Positions 27,300-35,510 of a DNA stretch of 35,510 nucleotides are shown here, piece after piece. The notes below the pieces were generated by a model. It worked only from the letters and a program-made list of their open reading frames with translations. It was not told the origin of the DNA and made no database searches. This DNA is from Balneolaceae bacterium (lineage in GTDB: Bacteria > Bacteroidota > Rhodothermia > Balneolales > Balneolaceae): contig SKWF01000117.1 of assembly GCA_007129085.1 (NCBI GenBank), positions 1 to 35,510 on the forward strand, written 5' to 3'. A program made the translations under genes and the position numbers. Each line of letters begins with the position of its first letter. Positions within the stretch are counted from its first letter, which is position 1.

Positions 27300-29885
27300 A
27301 TGGAGGGTAATTTTTCAAGTAAAGTTCGCGATGTAATCCAATTTAGCCGTGAGGAGGCGCTTCGTCTCGGTCATGACTACATCGGAACCGAACATCTAAT
27401 TTTAGGAATCGTTCGACTCGGAGATGGAGTTGCAATACGGATTTTAAAAAATTTGAATTGCGATCTTTTTAAACTTAAAAAAACAATAGAAGATACCGTA
27501 CGAGGAACCGGAGGAACCGTAACAGTGGGAAATATTCCACTAACCAAGCAGGCCGAAAAAGTTCTTCGCATCACCTATTTAGAAGCAAAGCTATACAAGA
27601 GTGACACCATAGGAACCGAACACCTTTTGCTGTCGCTGCTTAGGGACGAAGAGAATATTGCTGCACAAATTCTGCAGCAGTTTAGCGTCTCTTACGATGC
27701 CGTAAGAGAAGAGCTGGACCTGATTATTTCAGGAAATGCTCGCGATACTGATAGCGGAAGTTCATCAAAACAGACAAGTGCAAGTGTACCCTCTTCACCG
27801 AAAGGGTCACAATCATCAGGAAGTTCAAGGGAGAAGAAAATGGAAAAATCAAAAACACCGGTACTCGACAATTTTGGGCGAGACCTTACTCAACTTGCTG
27901 AAGATGGAAAGCTTGACCCCATCATCGGCCGGGAAAAAGAGATTGAACGTGTAGCCCAGGTATTGAGCCGCCGGAAGAAAAACAACCCGGTACTTATTGG
28001 CGAACCCGGTGTTGGTAAAACTGCCATTGCCGAAGGGCTGGCATCGCGTATTAACGAGAGAAAAGTTTCTCGTGTACTCTATGAAAAACGTGTAATCGCG
28101 CTCGATCTCGCTGCACTTGTGGCCGGCACAAAATATCGCGGCCAGTTCGAAGAGCGAATGAAAGCGGTAATGAGCGAGCTTGAAAAAACTGAAAATGTAA
28201 TTCTCTTTATTGATGAACTCCACACCATTGTTGGAGCCGGAGGAGCAAGCGGATCGCTGGATGCATCAAATATGCTGAAACCGGCACTTGCCCGTGGAGA
28301 AGTTCAGGCAATTGGCGCAACTACACTTAATGAATATCGGCAGTTCATCGAAAAAGACGGAGCGCTCGAACGGCGTTTCCAGAAAATTATGGTGGACCCA
28401 ACTACGGTTGATGAAACCCTCGAAATTTTAAACCAGATTAAAGGAAAATACGAGAAGCATCACAGTGTACGATATACGGATGATGCCCTCGATGCGTGTG
28501 TAAAATTAACAGATCGCTACGTCACCGATCACTTTTTGCCGGACAAAGCTATAGATGCTCTTGATGAAGTTGGCGCTCGCGTTCATCTCTCGAATATTAC
28601 GGTACCTCAACAGATTCTCGACCTTGAGGAAGAGATTGAAAAAACGAGTACCGAGAAAAACTCTATGGTGAAAAAGCAGCGGTTTGAAGAGGCCGCCCGC
28701 CTTAGAGATACCGAAAAACGATTGATTGATGAACTCGACACCGCACAAAAAGAGTGGGAAAAAGAGTCAGAAAGCATCGTATACGATGTTAACGACGAAG
28801 ATGTAGCTTCCGTTGTCGCCATGATGAGCGGTGTACCGGTTAACAAAATCAGCCAGAAGGAAGGACAAAAACTTCTGAAAATGAAAGATGAGCTGAGCAA
28901 AAAAGTTATCGGGCAGGACGAAGCAATTGTAAAGCTTACAAAAGCGATACAACGTACACGTGCCGGCCTTAAAGATCCCGCACGCCCAATCGGGTCGTTT
29001 ATCTTCCTCGGCCCAACAGGTGTTGGTAAAACGGAGATGGCGAAAGTACTTGCCAAATTCCTTTTCGACAAAGAGGAAGCGTTGATCCGAGTAGATATGA
29101 GTGAATACATGGAGAAGTTCAGCGTCTCCAGGTTGGTTGGAGCACCTCCCGGCTACGTAGGTTACGAAGAGGGTGGAATTCTCACCGAAAAAGTGCGGCG
29201 GAAACCGTATAGCGTTGTACTGCTTGATGAAATTGAGAAAGCCCATCCTGATGTATTTAACATCCTGCTGCAGGTACTCGATGACGGTATCTTAACCGAC
29301 AGCCTCGGGCGAAAAGTAGATTTCCGAAACACGATCATCATTATGACATCCAACATCGGTGCCCGGGATATCCGTAACATGGGTAAAGGAATTGGGTTCT
29401 CCAGTTCAGATGGCGCATTTGATTATGCCCAGATGAAATCAACCATACAGGATGCGTTGAAGAAGGTGTTCAACCCTGAATTCCTGAACCGAATTGATGA
29501 TGTTCTGACCTTTAAGCCGCTCGAAAAAGAGGATATTTTCCAAATCATCGATCTGCTTGCAGAAGAGCTCTTCGACAGAATCAAAAATCTTGGGTTTGAA
29601 CTCGAGCTTACCAAAGGCGCAAAGGATTTCATAACCGAACAAGGGTTCGACCAAAAGTATGGAGCACGACCGTTAAGGCGAGCCATACAGAAATATGTTG
29701 AAGACCCGCTGGCAGAAGAGATTCTTGAAGCAGAGCATCCCGAAGGGTCGGTTGTAAAAATCAAAATGAATAAGTCCAGAGACGGGCTTACATTTGATTG
29801 GACCGATGCGGAACCATCTGATGACACGGATGCATCATCGGACTCGGATGATGGGGATTCTGAAGAGAAAGCAAAAGCTAAATAA
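27300..29885 (+). CDS. clpC: ATP-dependent Clp protease ATPase subunit ClpC
   Basis: Double Clp-N repeats (IGTEHL), NBD1 [11 protein letters not shown]-like M-domain (FEEAARLRD), NBD2 [11 protein letters not shown] loop, YGARPLRR. Confidence 0.96.
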   Translation: MEGNFSSKVRDVIQFSREEALRLGHDYIGTEHLILGIVRLGDGVAIRILKNLNCDLFKLKKTIEDTVRGTGGTVTVGNIPLTKQAEKVLRITYLEAKLYKSDTIGTEHLLLSLLRDEENIAAQILQQFSVSYDAVREELDLIISGNARDTDSGSSSKQTSASVPSSPKGSQSSGSSREKKMEKSKTPVLDNFGRDLTQLAEDGKLDPIIGREKEIERVAQVLSRRKKNNPVLIGEPGVGKTAIAEGLASRINERKVSRVLYEKRVIALDLAALVAGTKYRGQFEERMKAVMSELEKTENVILFIDELHTIVGAGGASGSLDASNMLKPALARGEVQAIGATTLNEYRQFIEKDGALERRFQKIMVDPTTVDETLEILNQIKGKYEKHHSVRYTDDALDACVKLTDRYVTDHFLPDKAIDALDEVGARVHLSNITVPQQILDLEEEIEKTSTEKNSMVKKQRFEEAARLRDTEKRLIDELDTAQKEWEKESESIVYDVNDEDVASVVAMMSGVPVNKISQKEGQKLLKMKDELSKKVIGQDEAIVKLTKAIQRTRAGLKDPARPIGSFIFLGPTGVGKTEMAKVLAKFLFDKEEALIRVDMSEYMEKFSVSRLVGAPPGYVGYEEGGILTEKVRRKPYSVVLLDEIEKAHPDVFNILLQVLDDGILTDSLGRKVDFRNTIIIMTSNIGARDIRNMGKGIGFSSSDGAFDYAQMKSTIQDALKKVFNPEFLNRIDDVLTFKPLEKEDIFQIIDLLAEELFDRIKNLGFELELTKGAKDFITEQGFDQKYGARPLRRAIQKYVEDPLAEEILEAEHPEGSVVKIKMNKSRDGLTFDWTDAEPSDDTDASSDSDDGDSEEKAKAK

Positions 29886-29902
29886 CGTCTACTTAATTTA
29901 TC

Positions 29903-29938
29903 AAAAAGCCCGTTAGTGAAAAGCTATCGGGCTTTTTT
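29903..29938. terminator. Bidirectional intrinsic terminator
   Basis: A5-GCCCG...CGGGC-T6 between convergent genes. Confidence 0.88.
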
Positions 29939-29941
29939 GTT

Positions 29942-31060
29942 TTAGAATTGGGTTGATATATTCAGCGGCCTGTTCACACCACTCAACAAGTACGAATGAC
30001 TGCCTGACCGTTCAATTTGGAGTTGTGATCGGTTCAAAAATGATAGTGAGTGGCCAACATCCTGCCGGCTGATTTGCCGCTGCCCCAGGTGAACAGCTAC
30101 GAGCTCCGGATCTGAAATTTCACCATTCTGTTCGGCTCCATTCAACGTCATAACAATTTCATCTTCCGGATGATATGTACCAAAAACAACACTGCTTCTT
30201 GCCGTAGAGCTTCCAAGCCGCTCACTCGTTTGTGTATCATAAACCTGCACTCTTGAACCCGAAAAGATCGTTAGGTAGCCGCCGTCTCCCGAAAGATTAA
30301 CACCATTCAGATCCATTTCAGTCTCCATTGAGTACAACTCATTGCCAAATCTGTCATAAACTGAGACGGCATCATCCGTCCCTTCAGCTTTAGAAATCAA
30401 CGTAATAAAACGTCCGTCAGGATCTACATTCAGTGACGATATCGTTCGGCTGTTATTCTCGTAGAAAACAAATGTATCCTCCTCACCGAAAACGAGTGTT
30501 GCCCGGGAGGCAGACTCATCACCACGCCGAATTTCGGGATTATACAATACGATAGTACTCCCGGATCGATCTGTTGCCCAACCGGATGCCTGCTCTCCAT
30601 CCGGACTTTGTGAACTATTTGATACAGAATAGATCTGATCGCCGGCGGCATCAAAAAATGTAAAATTGGCAACATTGTCGCGGGCAATTACGCCACCATT
30701 TTCTAAAACGTGCATTCCAATGGTGTCATCGCTGCCATCAAAAAACTCAAGAGATTGGGAGGTCAACTTAACTCCGGAGTGGTCATATATCGTGGAGCTC
30801 AGATCGCCATCAAACGCAATGACGCCAACCTTACTGCCTTTAACTGATAAGCTATAGCTGATTGGGGTTTGAACCTTGATCTCCTCTCCACCACCCTGAA
30901 GCGTGATCTGGTTTTGTGTGGCAGAAAACACTCCACTCTGTGTTGGAAATGTATTCAGGTTATTTGATGAATGATCCGAAACAGGATCTACCTGAATAGA
31001 TTGAGCTGAAAGACTTTGTAATGGGAAAAACAGAAACAGAACTAATACTAAATGCTTCAT
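29942..31060 (-). CDS. Secreted hypothetical protein, probable beta-propeller
   Basis: Signal peptide (..SLSA|Q); repeated blade-like motifs (DPDGRFI, SGDGGYL, YD..G..L, VQVYD..T). Confidence 0.8.
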   Translation of the reverse strand: MKHLVLVLFLFFPLQSLSAQSIQVDPVSDHSSNNLNTFPTQSGVFSATQNQITLQGGGEEIKVQTPISYSLSVKGSKVGVIAFDGDLSSTIYDHSGVKLTSQSLEFFDGSDDTIGMHVLENGGVIARDNVANFTFFDAAGDQIYSVSNSSQSPDGEQASGWATDRSGSTIVLYNPEIRRGDESASRATLVFGEEDTFVFYENNSRTISSLNVDPDGRFITLISKAEGTDDAVSVYDRFGNELYSMETEMDLNGVNLSGDGGYLTIFSGSRVQVYDTQTSERLGSSTARSSVVFGTYHPEDEIVMTLNGAEQNGEISDPELVAVHLGQRQISRQDVGHSLSFLNRSQLQIERSGSHSYLLSGVNRPLNISTQF

Positions 31061-31128
31061 TTAATGACTCTATAATAATGTTATATTTACGCGCTCCAAT
31101 GAACAAAAAATTATGAACAATTGCACGT

Positions 31129-32091
31129 ATGCGATATTCGGTAATAATTCCGGTGTACAACAGGCCCGAAGAAGTTGATGAGCTTCTACACAGTCTGACT
31201 AAACAAACGTACAAAAGTTTCGAAGTTGTTATTGTTGAGGACGGATCAGACCAGCCGGCAGAACATATCGTAGAAAAATATACCGACCAACTTGATATCT
31301 CGTACTACTTTAAAGAAAACAGCGGGCAGGGATTTTCCCGTAATTATGGGTTTAAACGTGCAAATGGTGATTACTATGTGGTTTTTGATTCAGACTGTAT
31401 CATCCCCGACCACTATTTTGAGTCCGTTAACAAGCAACTGGAAGAGTCGAATTTTACAATAGATTGTTGGGGCGGTCCCGACCGTGCACACGAAACTTTT
31501 TCGACTGTACAGAAAGCGATTAACTACAGCATGACCTCCTTTTTTACAACCGGTGGCATTCGCGGACGAAAAAAACAGCTTGGCCCCTACCACCCCCGGA
31601 GTTTTAACATGGGAATATCAAAAAAGGTATTCGAAAAAACCGGCGGATACCGAATTACACGAATGGGTGAAGATCTTGAATTCAGCATCCGTATAATTAA
31701 CGAAGGGTTTCGATCTGTTTTGATCCCCGATGCCTACGTTTACCACAAACGCCGAACAAGTATGCTCGATTTTTTCCGTCAACTCCATTTTTTTGGGCGA
31801 GCAAGAATCAACATCAACCGGTTTCACCCCGGGCAGATTAAATTGGTACACCTATTCCCGCTCTTTTTTCTGATCGGTATCGTGCTTATACCCATCACAC
31901 TGATGGTTTCGCAACCGATTTTTTATGCATTAGCCACCGCATACGGTATCTATACGATACTGCTATTATTTGAGTCATTCATTAAGGAAAAACAGATAAA
32001 AGTCGCTATTTTATCTGTTGCGGCCGGATATACTCAGCTATGTGCTTACGCCATTGGATTTATAACAGAAATGTTTCGACGCCAACTGTGA
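31129..32091 (+). CDS. Glycosyltransferase family 2 with C-terminal TM helices
   Basis: SVIIPVYNRP, VEDGS, SRNYG, FDSD, GED, VYHKRR. Confidence 0.93.
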   Translation: MRYSVIIPVYNRPEEVDELLHSLTKQTYKSFEVVIVEDGSDQPAEHIVEKYTDQLDISYYFKENSGQGFSRNYGFKRANGDYYVVFDSDCIIPDHYFESVNKQLEESNFTIDCWGGPDRAHETFSTVQKAINYSMTSFFTTGGIRGRKKQLGPYHPRSFNMGISKKVFEKTGGYRITRMGEDLEFSIRIINEGFRSVLIPDAYVYHKRRTSMLDFFRQLHFFGRARININRFHPGQIKLVHLFPLFFLIGIVLIPITLMVSQPIFYALATAYGIYTILLLFESFIKEKQIKVAILSVAAGYTQLCAYAIGFITEMFRRQL

Positions 32092-32117
32092 TAAAGGAAA
32101 TTATTTCGGAATTGAGA

Positions 32118-32146
32118 TTGCATTCAGAATTGAAATATTTTATCTT
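32118..32146 (+). promoter_or_regulatory. Candidate promoter of the tRNA cluster
   Basis: TTGCAT-N17-TATCTT about 80 bp upstream of tRNA-Pro. Confidence 0.45.
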
Positions 32147-32225
32147 ATGATTCTTTTGAGAAATCGAAAAAGTCATTGCGGAAAATAGCCCGCAGCAGTT
32201 ATTTTGACATATTGATTTTCCGACT

Positions 32226-32299
32226 CGGGGAGTGGCGCAGTTCGGTAGCGCATTCGCTTTGGGAGCGAAGGGTCGCAGGTTCAAATCCTGTCTCCCCGA
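32226..32299 (+). tRNA. tRNA-Pro(TGG)
   Basis: Acceptor CGGGGAG/CTCCCCG; anticodon arm TTCGC-TTTGGGA-GCGAA; T-loop TTCAAAT. Confidence 0.97.
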
Positions 32300-32360
32300 C
32301 ATATCACCGACCACATGATTTTTTGTTGGTTGGCTGTACCTTAATTTATTGATTCGACAT

Positions 32361-32424
32361 CGGCGAGATAGCTTGAACAATTGCGAAAGCAGTGCTTCCG
32401 CGGTTCAAATCCTGTCTCCCCGAC
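32361..32424 (+). repeat. Direct repeat of the tRNA-Pro 3' end / tRNA-like relic
   Basis: GGTTCAAATCCTGTCTCCCCGAC at 32402-32424 is identical to 32278-32300; CGGCGAG at 32361 resembles the tRNA 5' strand CGGGGAG. Confidence 0.8.
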
Positions 32425-32469
32425 TTATTTTTAGGGACTCACACACTTGTGTGAGATGCCCGACAGTGG

Positions 32470-32554
32470 TTATTCGTTAATCGTTGTTCGCCCGTAACGT
32501 TTATTGAACCCAATTCAATTACAACAAGAGTTGCGAATAACCAATAACGAATAA
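32470..32554. repeat. Heptamer-periodic inverted repeat in tRNA spacer
   Basis: TTATTCG-TTAATCG-TTGTTCG ... CGAATAA-CCAATAA-CGAATAA. Confidence 0.7.
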
Positions 32555-32563
32555 TCCAGTTAA

Positions 32564-32637
32564 GCGCCCGTAGCTCAACTGGATAGAGCAACTGCCTTCT
32601 AAGCAGTAGGTTACAGGTTCGATTCCTGTCGGGCGTA
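32564..32637 (+). tRNA. tRNA-Arg(TCT)
   Basis: Acceptor GCGCCCG/CGGGCGT; anticodon arm ACTGC-CTTCTAA-GCAGT; T-loop TTCGATT. Confidence 0.97.
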
Positions 32638-32661
32638 CAGATAACATTTATTGAGTTAACA

Positions 32662-32732
32662 GGCGACATGGCCGAGTGGTTAGGCAGAGGTCTGCAAAAC
32701 CTCGTACGGCGGTTCGAATCCGCCTGTCGCCT
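32662..32732 (+). tRNA. tRNA-Cys(GCA)
   Basis: Acceptor GGCGACA/TGTCGCC, U73; anticodon arm GAGGT-CTGCAAA-ACCTC. Confidence 0.97.
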
Positions 32733-32760
32733 CATTTTTTTGATTTATTGATTTTCTAAT

Positions 32761-32833
32761 GCCGCGTTCGTCTAGGGGTTTAGGACGCCGCCCTTTCACG
32801 GCGGTAACACGGGTTCAAATCCCGTACGCGGTA
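32761..32833 (+). tRNA. tRNA-Glu(TTC)
   Basis: Acceptor GCCGCGT/ACGCGGT; anticodon arm CCGCC-CTTTCAC-GGCGG. Confidence 0.97.
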
Positions 32834-32842
32834 CACAAACCA

Positions 32843-32916
32843 CAGTACTCAGTACTAATAGTTTTTCAGTATACAGAATCTACTGTTTACTGATCACTGA
32901 CACACTGTAAAAACTG
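32843..32916. repeat. CAGT/ACTG 7-9-nt periodic fold-back in tRNA spacer
   Basis: CAGT-like units at 32843, 32850, 32859, 32867, 32874, followed by ACTG units at 32882, 32889, 32896, 32904, 32913. Confidence 0.65.
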
Positions 32917-32928
32917 TAATTGTTACAT

Positions 32929-33003
32929 GGAGCCCGTAGCTCAGTAGGTTAGAGCGCTAGGTTGTGGCCCTGGAGGCCGTGGGTTCGAATCCCATCGGGC
33001 TCC
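32929..33003 (+). tRNA. tRNA-His(GTG) with encoded G-1
   Basis: G-1:C73 pair plus GAGCCCG/CGGGCTC; anticodon loop TTGTGGC. Confidence 0.96.
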
Positions 33004-33069
33004 CATTTTTATTGATTTTTTTTCGATCAGCACTCCGATTGCCACACAGTCAGTAGCTGATCACCTAAT

Positions 33070-33142
33070 GCCGCGTTCGTCTAGGGGTTTAGGACGCCGC
33101 CCTTTCACGGCGGTAACACGGGTTCGAATCCCGTACGCGGTA
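33070..33142 (+). tRNA. tRNA-Glu(TTC), second copy
   Basis: Same as 32761-32833 except the T-loop (TTCGAAT vs TTCAAAT). Confidence 0.97.
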
Positions 33143-33149
33143 CAAATAC

Positions 33150-33193
33150 AAAGCCGCAAAGCATATGTAACATATCGCTTTGCGGCTTTTTTT
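33150..33193 (+). terminator. Intrinsic terminator of the tRNA operon
   Basis: AAAGCCGCAAAGC...GCTTTGCGGCTTT plus T-run. Confidence 0.9.
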
Positions 33194-33380
33194 GTTTTTG
33201 ATATAAAATCGAACCCACCCCTCACCCTTTCCCGGCTTTTCATTCTATAGTACATACTCAAGTACTCCAGATTTCGAATGATTTTGCATATCCTTAGTTC
33301 CAATAGTAATGCGGGCAACTTTACTTATTTAAACCAATACACTATTCTTTAGGTGTTCTCCATCAACCAAACTTATTGCA

Positions 33381-35123
33381 ATGTCACCTATAAAAGCATT
33401 TCTACCCTTTCTATTATTAATTCTGTTTGCCGGTTGTGAATCGGAGTCACCCGATTTCGCAGACCTTGTGTTAACCAATGCAACTGTCTGGACGGTGGAT
33501 GATGACATGCCCGAAGCAGAGGCCGTTGCCATCCGTAGTAATGAAATTATGGCGGTGGGATCAGCAGATGAAATATCCGAACTTGTCACCCATAATACAG
33601 AAGTCATCGATCTTGACGGTGCATTTGTCCTCCCCGGATTTAACGACAATCATGTTCATTTTGCCAATGCCGCTCGGTTCCTTGAATTCAATATCATGCG
33701 CACCTCCACTCAGGATGAGTTTGTGGAACGGATCGAAAACGTGGTATCCCGCCTGAATGAAGGCGAATGGATCCTTGGCGGATTTTGGGGTGCCTATGAT
33801 GACTGGGAATTCGGAAGCCCCGGTACCGGTGGCGGTGAACGGTTCACCCCGGAGATGTCACTCGTTGAAGAAATCACCGAAAATCATCCCATATTTATAC
33901 AACGGTTCGACCGTTCGGAATACGCCGTAAACCGAAGAGCGTTGACAGAAGCCGGGCTCGATCCGGATAATCCCGAAGCGGCCGGAATTGAGTTTGAACG
34001 TGACGAAGATGGAAACCCTACCGGAACTGTGAAGGGCGACCAAGTCGCTGAATTTTTCGGTGAGTTTACACCTGACGATTTCTCCTTTGAAAGACGAGTG
34101 CAGCAGACAGTAAATGCACTGGCTGAAATTCGTAAATACGGGGTAACCAACGTCAGCGATATGTCGGACGATACGCAGGTTGAGATTTATGAAATGCTCC
34201 GTGACGAAGGGGAACTGACTAGCCGTATCCACTATCGCTACCATCTTGAGCGGTGGGAAGAGCTTGCTGAAAGCGGTATTGAAATTGGCTCGGGAGATGA
34301 ATGGATTCGTCTTGGATCCCTGAAGGGGCATATCGATGGAATTATGGGGAACAGCACCGCACGTTTTTTTGAACCGTACGATCACATGCCGGATGAGCGC
34401 GGAAGCTGGCGACGGCTGATGGTAGATGAGGCCGGCGAGTACGATCCGGAGCGATTTTACAGCTACATGCAGCAGGCTGATGAAGCCGGACTTCAACTCA
34501 CTATCCACGCAATTGGAGATGAAGCCAACCACTTGCTATTGAATATGCTGGAGCGACTGATTGAAGACAATGGCGAAAAAGATCGGCGGTTCCGCCTGGT
34601 GCACGCCCAGGTCATGCAAGATGAAGATATTGAGCGCCTTGGTGAACTCGATGTAATTGCAGAAGTGCAGCCGATTCACGCAAGTGACGATATGCGATGG
34701 ATGGAAGAGCGCATCGGCAGCGAGCGGTCTGAAGGGGCATACGCATTTAACAGTATTCTTGAAAGTGGAGCGGTGCTCAGTTTTGGAACAGACTGGCCGG
34801 GGACTGCAGCCGCTGAGTATCATATCAGCCCCATGTATGGACTCTACGCCGCCATCACCCGTAAAACGATGACGGGTGAACCCGAAGGCGGCTGGTTCCC
34901 TGAGGAGCGAATCTCGATGGAAGAAGCAATCCGTGCATATACGCTCAATACTGCCTATGCCAATTTTGAGGATGACATCAAAGGAAGTATTACCCCGGGG
35001 AAACTGGCCGATATTACCGTACTGGATCAGAACCTGTTTGAGGTTGAGCCGATGAACCTGCCGGATGTAGAGGTACTCTACACAATTGTGGATGGAGATA
35101 TTGTGTATCAGAGATCAAATTAG
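33381..35123 (+). CDS. YtcJ-like amidohydrolase (Amidohydro_3), predicted lipoprotein
   Basis: Lipobox LFAG|C; IDLDG.FVLPGFNDNHVH, K...DG, IHAIGD.AN, R.RLVHAQ, GTDWP, GSITPGKLAD. Confidence 0.92.
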   Translation: MSPIKAFLPFLLLILFAGCESESPDFADLVLTNATVWTVDDDMPEAEAVAIRSNEIMAVGSADEISELVTHNTEVIDLDGAFVLPGFNDNHVHFANAARFLEFNIMRTSTQDEFVERIENVVSRLNEGEWILGGFWGAYDDWEFGSPGTGGGERFTPEMSLVEEITENHPIFIQRFDRSEYAVNRRALTEAGLDPDNPEAAGIEFERDEDGNPTGTVKGDQVAEFFGEFTPDDFSFERRVQQTVNALAEIRKYGVTNVSDMSDDTQVEIYEMLRDEGELTSRIHYRYHLERWEELAESGIEIGSGDEWIRLGSLKGHIDGIMGNSTARFFEPYDHMPDERGSWRRLMVDEAGEYDPERFYSYMQQADEAGLQLTIHAIGDEANHLLLNMLERLIEDNGEKDRRFRLVHAQVMQDEDIERLGELDVIAEVQPIHASDDMRWMEERIGSERSEGAYAFNSILESGAVLSFGTDWPGTAAAEYHISPMYGLYAAITRKTMTGEPEGGWFPEERISMEEAIRAYTLNTAYANFEDDIKGSITPGKLADITVLDQNLFEVEPMNLPDVEVLYTIVDGDIVYQRSN

Positions 35124-35132
35124 ATAAAGAAT

Positions 35133-35233
35133 AGACATGGTATTTCTACTGCCTGATCATTTTGCATGGTGGGGCGGCCAAAAATAACTTTCCATTTTAG
35201 TTCAAATTACCGGCCCTTAGAAATACCATGTCT
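35133..35233. repeat. 101-bp element bounded by perfect 16-bp inverted repeats (MITE-like or RNA fold-back)
   Basis: AGACATGGTATTTCTA (35133-35148) / TAGAAATACCATGTCT (35218-35233). Confidence 0.8.
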
Positions 35234-35250
35234 GTACAGCAAGGATAGAA

Positions 35251-35329
35251 AACCCGCAATGTTTCTTTGCCATCTCCGGCAGTTTGGTAGAAATTAATTA
35301 GCCTTTGAAAAGAAATAACATTGCGGGTT
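35251..35329. repeat. 79-bp element bounded by perfect 13-bp inverted repeats, extendable with bulges
   Basis: AACCCGCAATGTT (35251-35263) / AACATTGCGGGTT (35317-35329). Confidence 0.75.
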
Positions 35330-35356
35330 CTACCCAACTTGTATTTATTGACAGAA

Positions 35357-35510
35357 CTAATCCTTAAACGTCAGTTTAAAAACAACGAGTGCCCCCACCA
35401 GTAACAGGGTAATTCCGTTTGCTAAAATAATGGGGAGATCCAGGATCAGCAGGCCGTAAATAAGCCACATTATCACTCCACCGGTAAATATTGAAAATGT
35501 ACCAAGGGAG
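35357..35510 (-). CDS. SemiSWEET/PQ-loop family transporter, C-terminal part (5' end outside the window)
   Basis: Manual translation ...SLGTFSIFTGGVIMWLIYGLLILDLPIILANGITLLLVGALVVFKLTFKD*; the WLIYG and P.I.AN motifs are typical. Absent from the ORF track. Confidence 0.85.
   Translation of the reverse strand, partial: SLGTFSIFTGGVIMWLIYGLLILDLPIILANGITLLLVGALVVFKLTFKD

Noticed and set aside
22607-29827. Long antisense ORFs within rpsA, gpmI and clpC (similar ones in pccB, glpD and the amidohydrolase)
   Set aside because: Expected antisense shadows of conserved, codon-biased genes.
32761-33142. Two tRNA-Glu copies as attL/attR
   Set aside because: Both are full-length intact genes with tRNA-His between them; ordinary gene duplication.
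32060-33318. ORFs 32060-32380, 32439-32735, 33061-33318 and 33068-33250
   Set aside because: Shadow translations of tRNA genes (e.g. GRQDLNLRP, ADSNRR, GIRTRVTAVKG).
35246-35332. Integron attC site (AAC...GTT ends)
   Set aside because: Ends do not fit RYYYAAC/GTTRRRY on either strand; no cassette array or integrase.

Overview
A 35.5-kb, mostly core-chromosomal window. Gene content, acidic proteins and weak SD usage suggest a moderately halophilic FCB-group bacterium, probably Balneolaeota/Rhodohalobacter-like (inference, not searched). Housekeeping genes include rarA, a pccB-like carboxyltransferase, an isolated nuoJK pair, moxR, rpsA-cmk, rpsT-gpmI, clpC and a six-tRNA cluster (Pro, Arg, Cys, Glu, His, Glu). 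The most coherent accessory block is a glycerol module: class III FBPase <- -> HutC-type GntR, glpK, glpD, glpF and a porin, with a near-perfect HutC/NagR-type operator upstream of glpK. The most anomalous stretch is a 360-bp non-coding segment (19246-19605) directly after nuoK. It is about 51% GC, has no A/T run of 4 or more after 19257, and carries a perfect 18-bp inverted repeat. It could be a foreign structured RNA/DNA element or a non-native insert. Other notable signals are a duplicated tRNA-Pro 3' end with a tRNA-like relic, heptamer-periodic fold-backs in tRNA spacers, two tandem long-armed inverted-repeat elements near the right end, a perfect FNR-type box, and a possible internal start in clpC. 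No transposase, integrase, reverse transcriptase or CRISPR array was seen.
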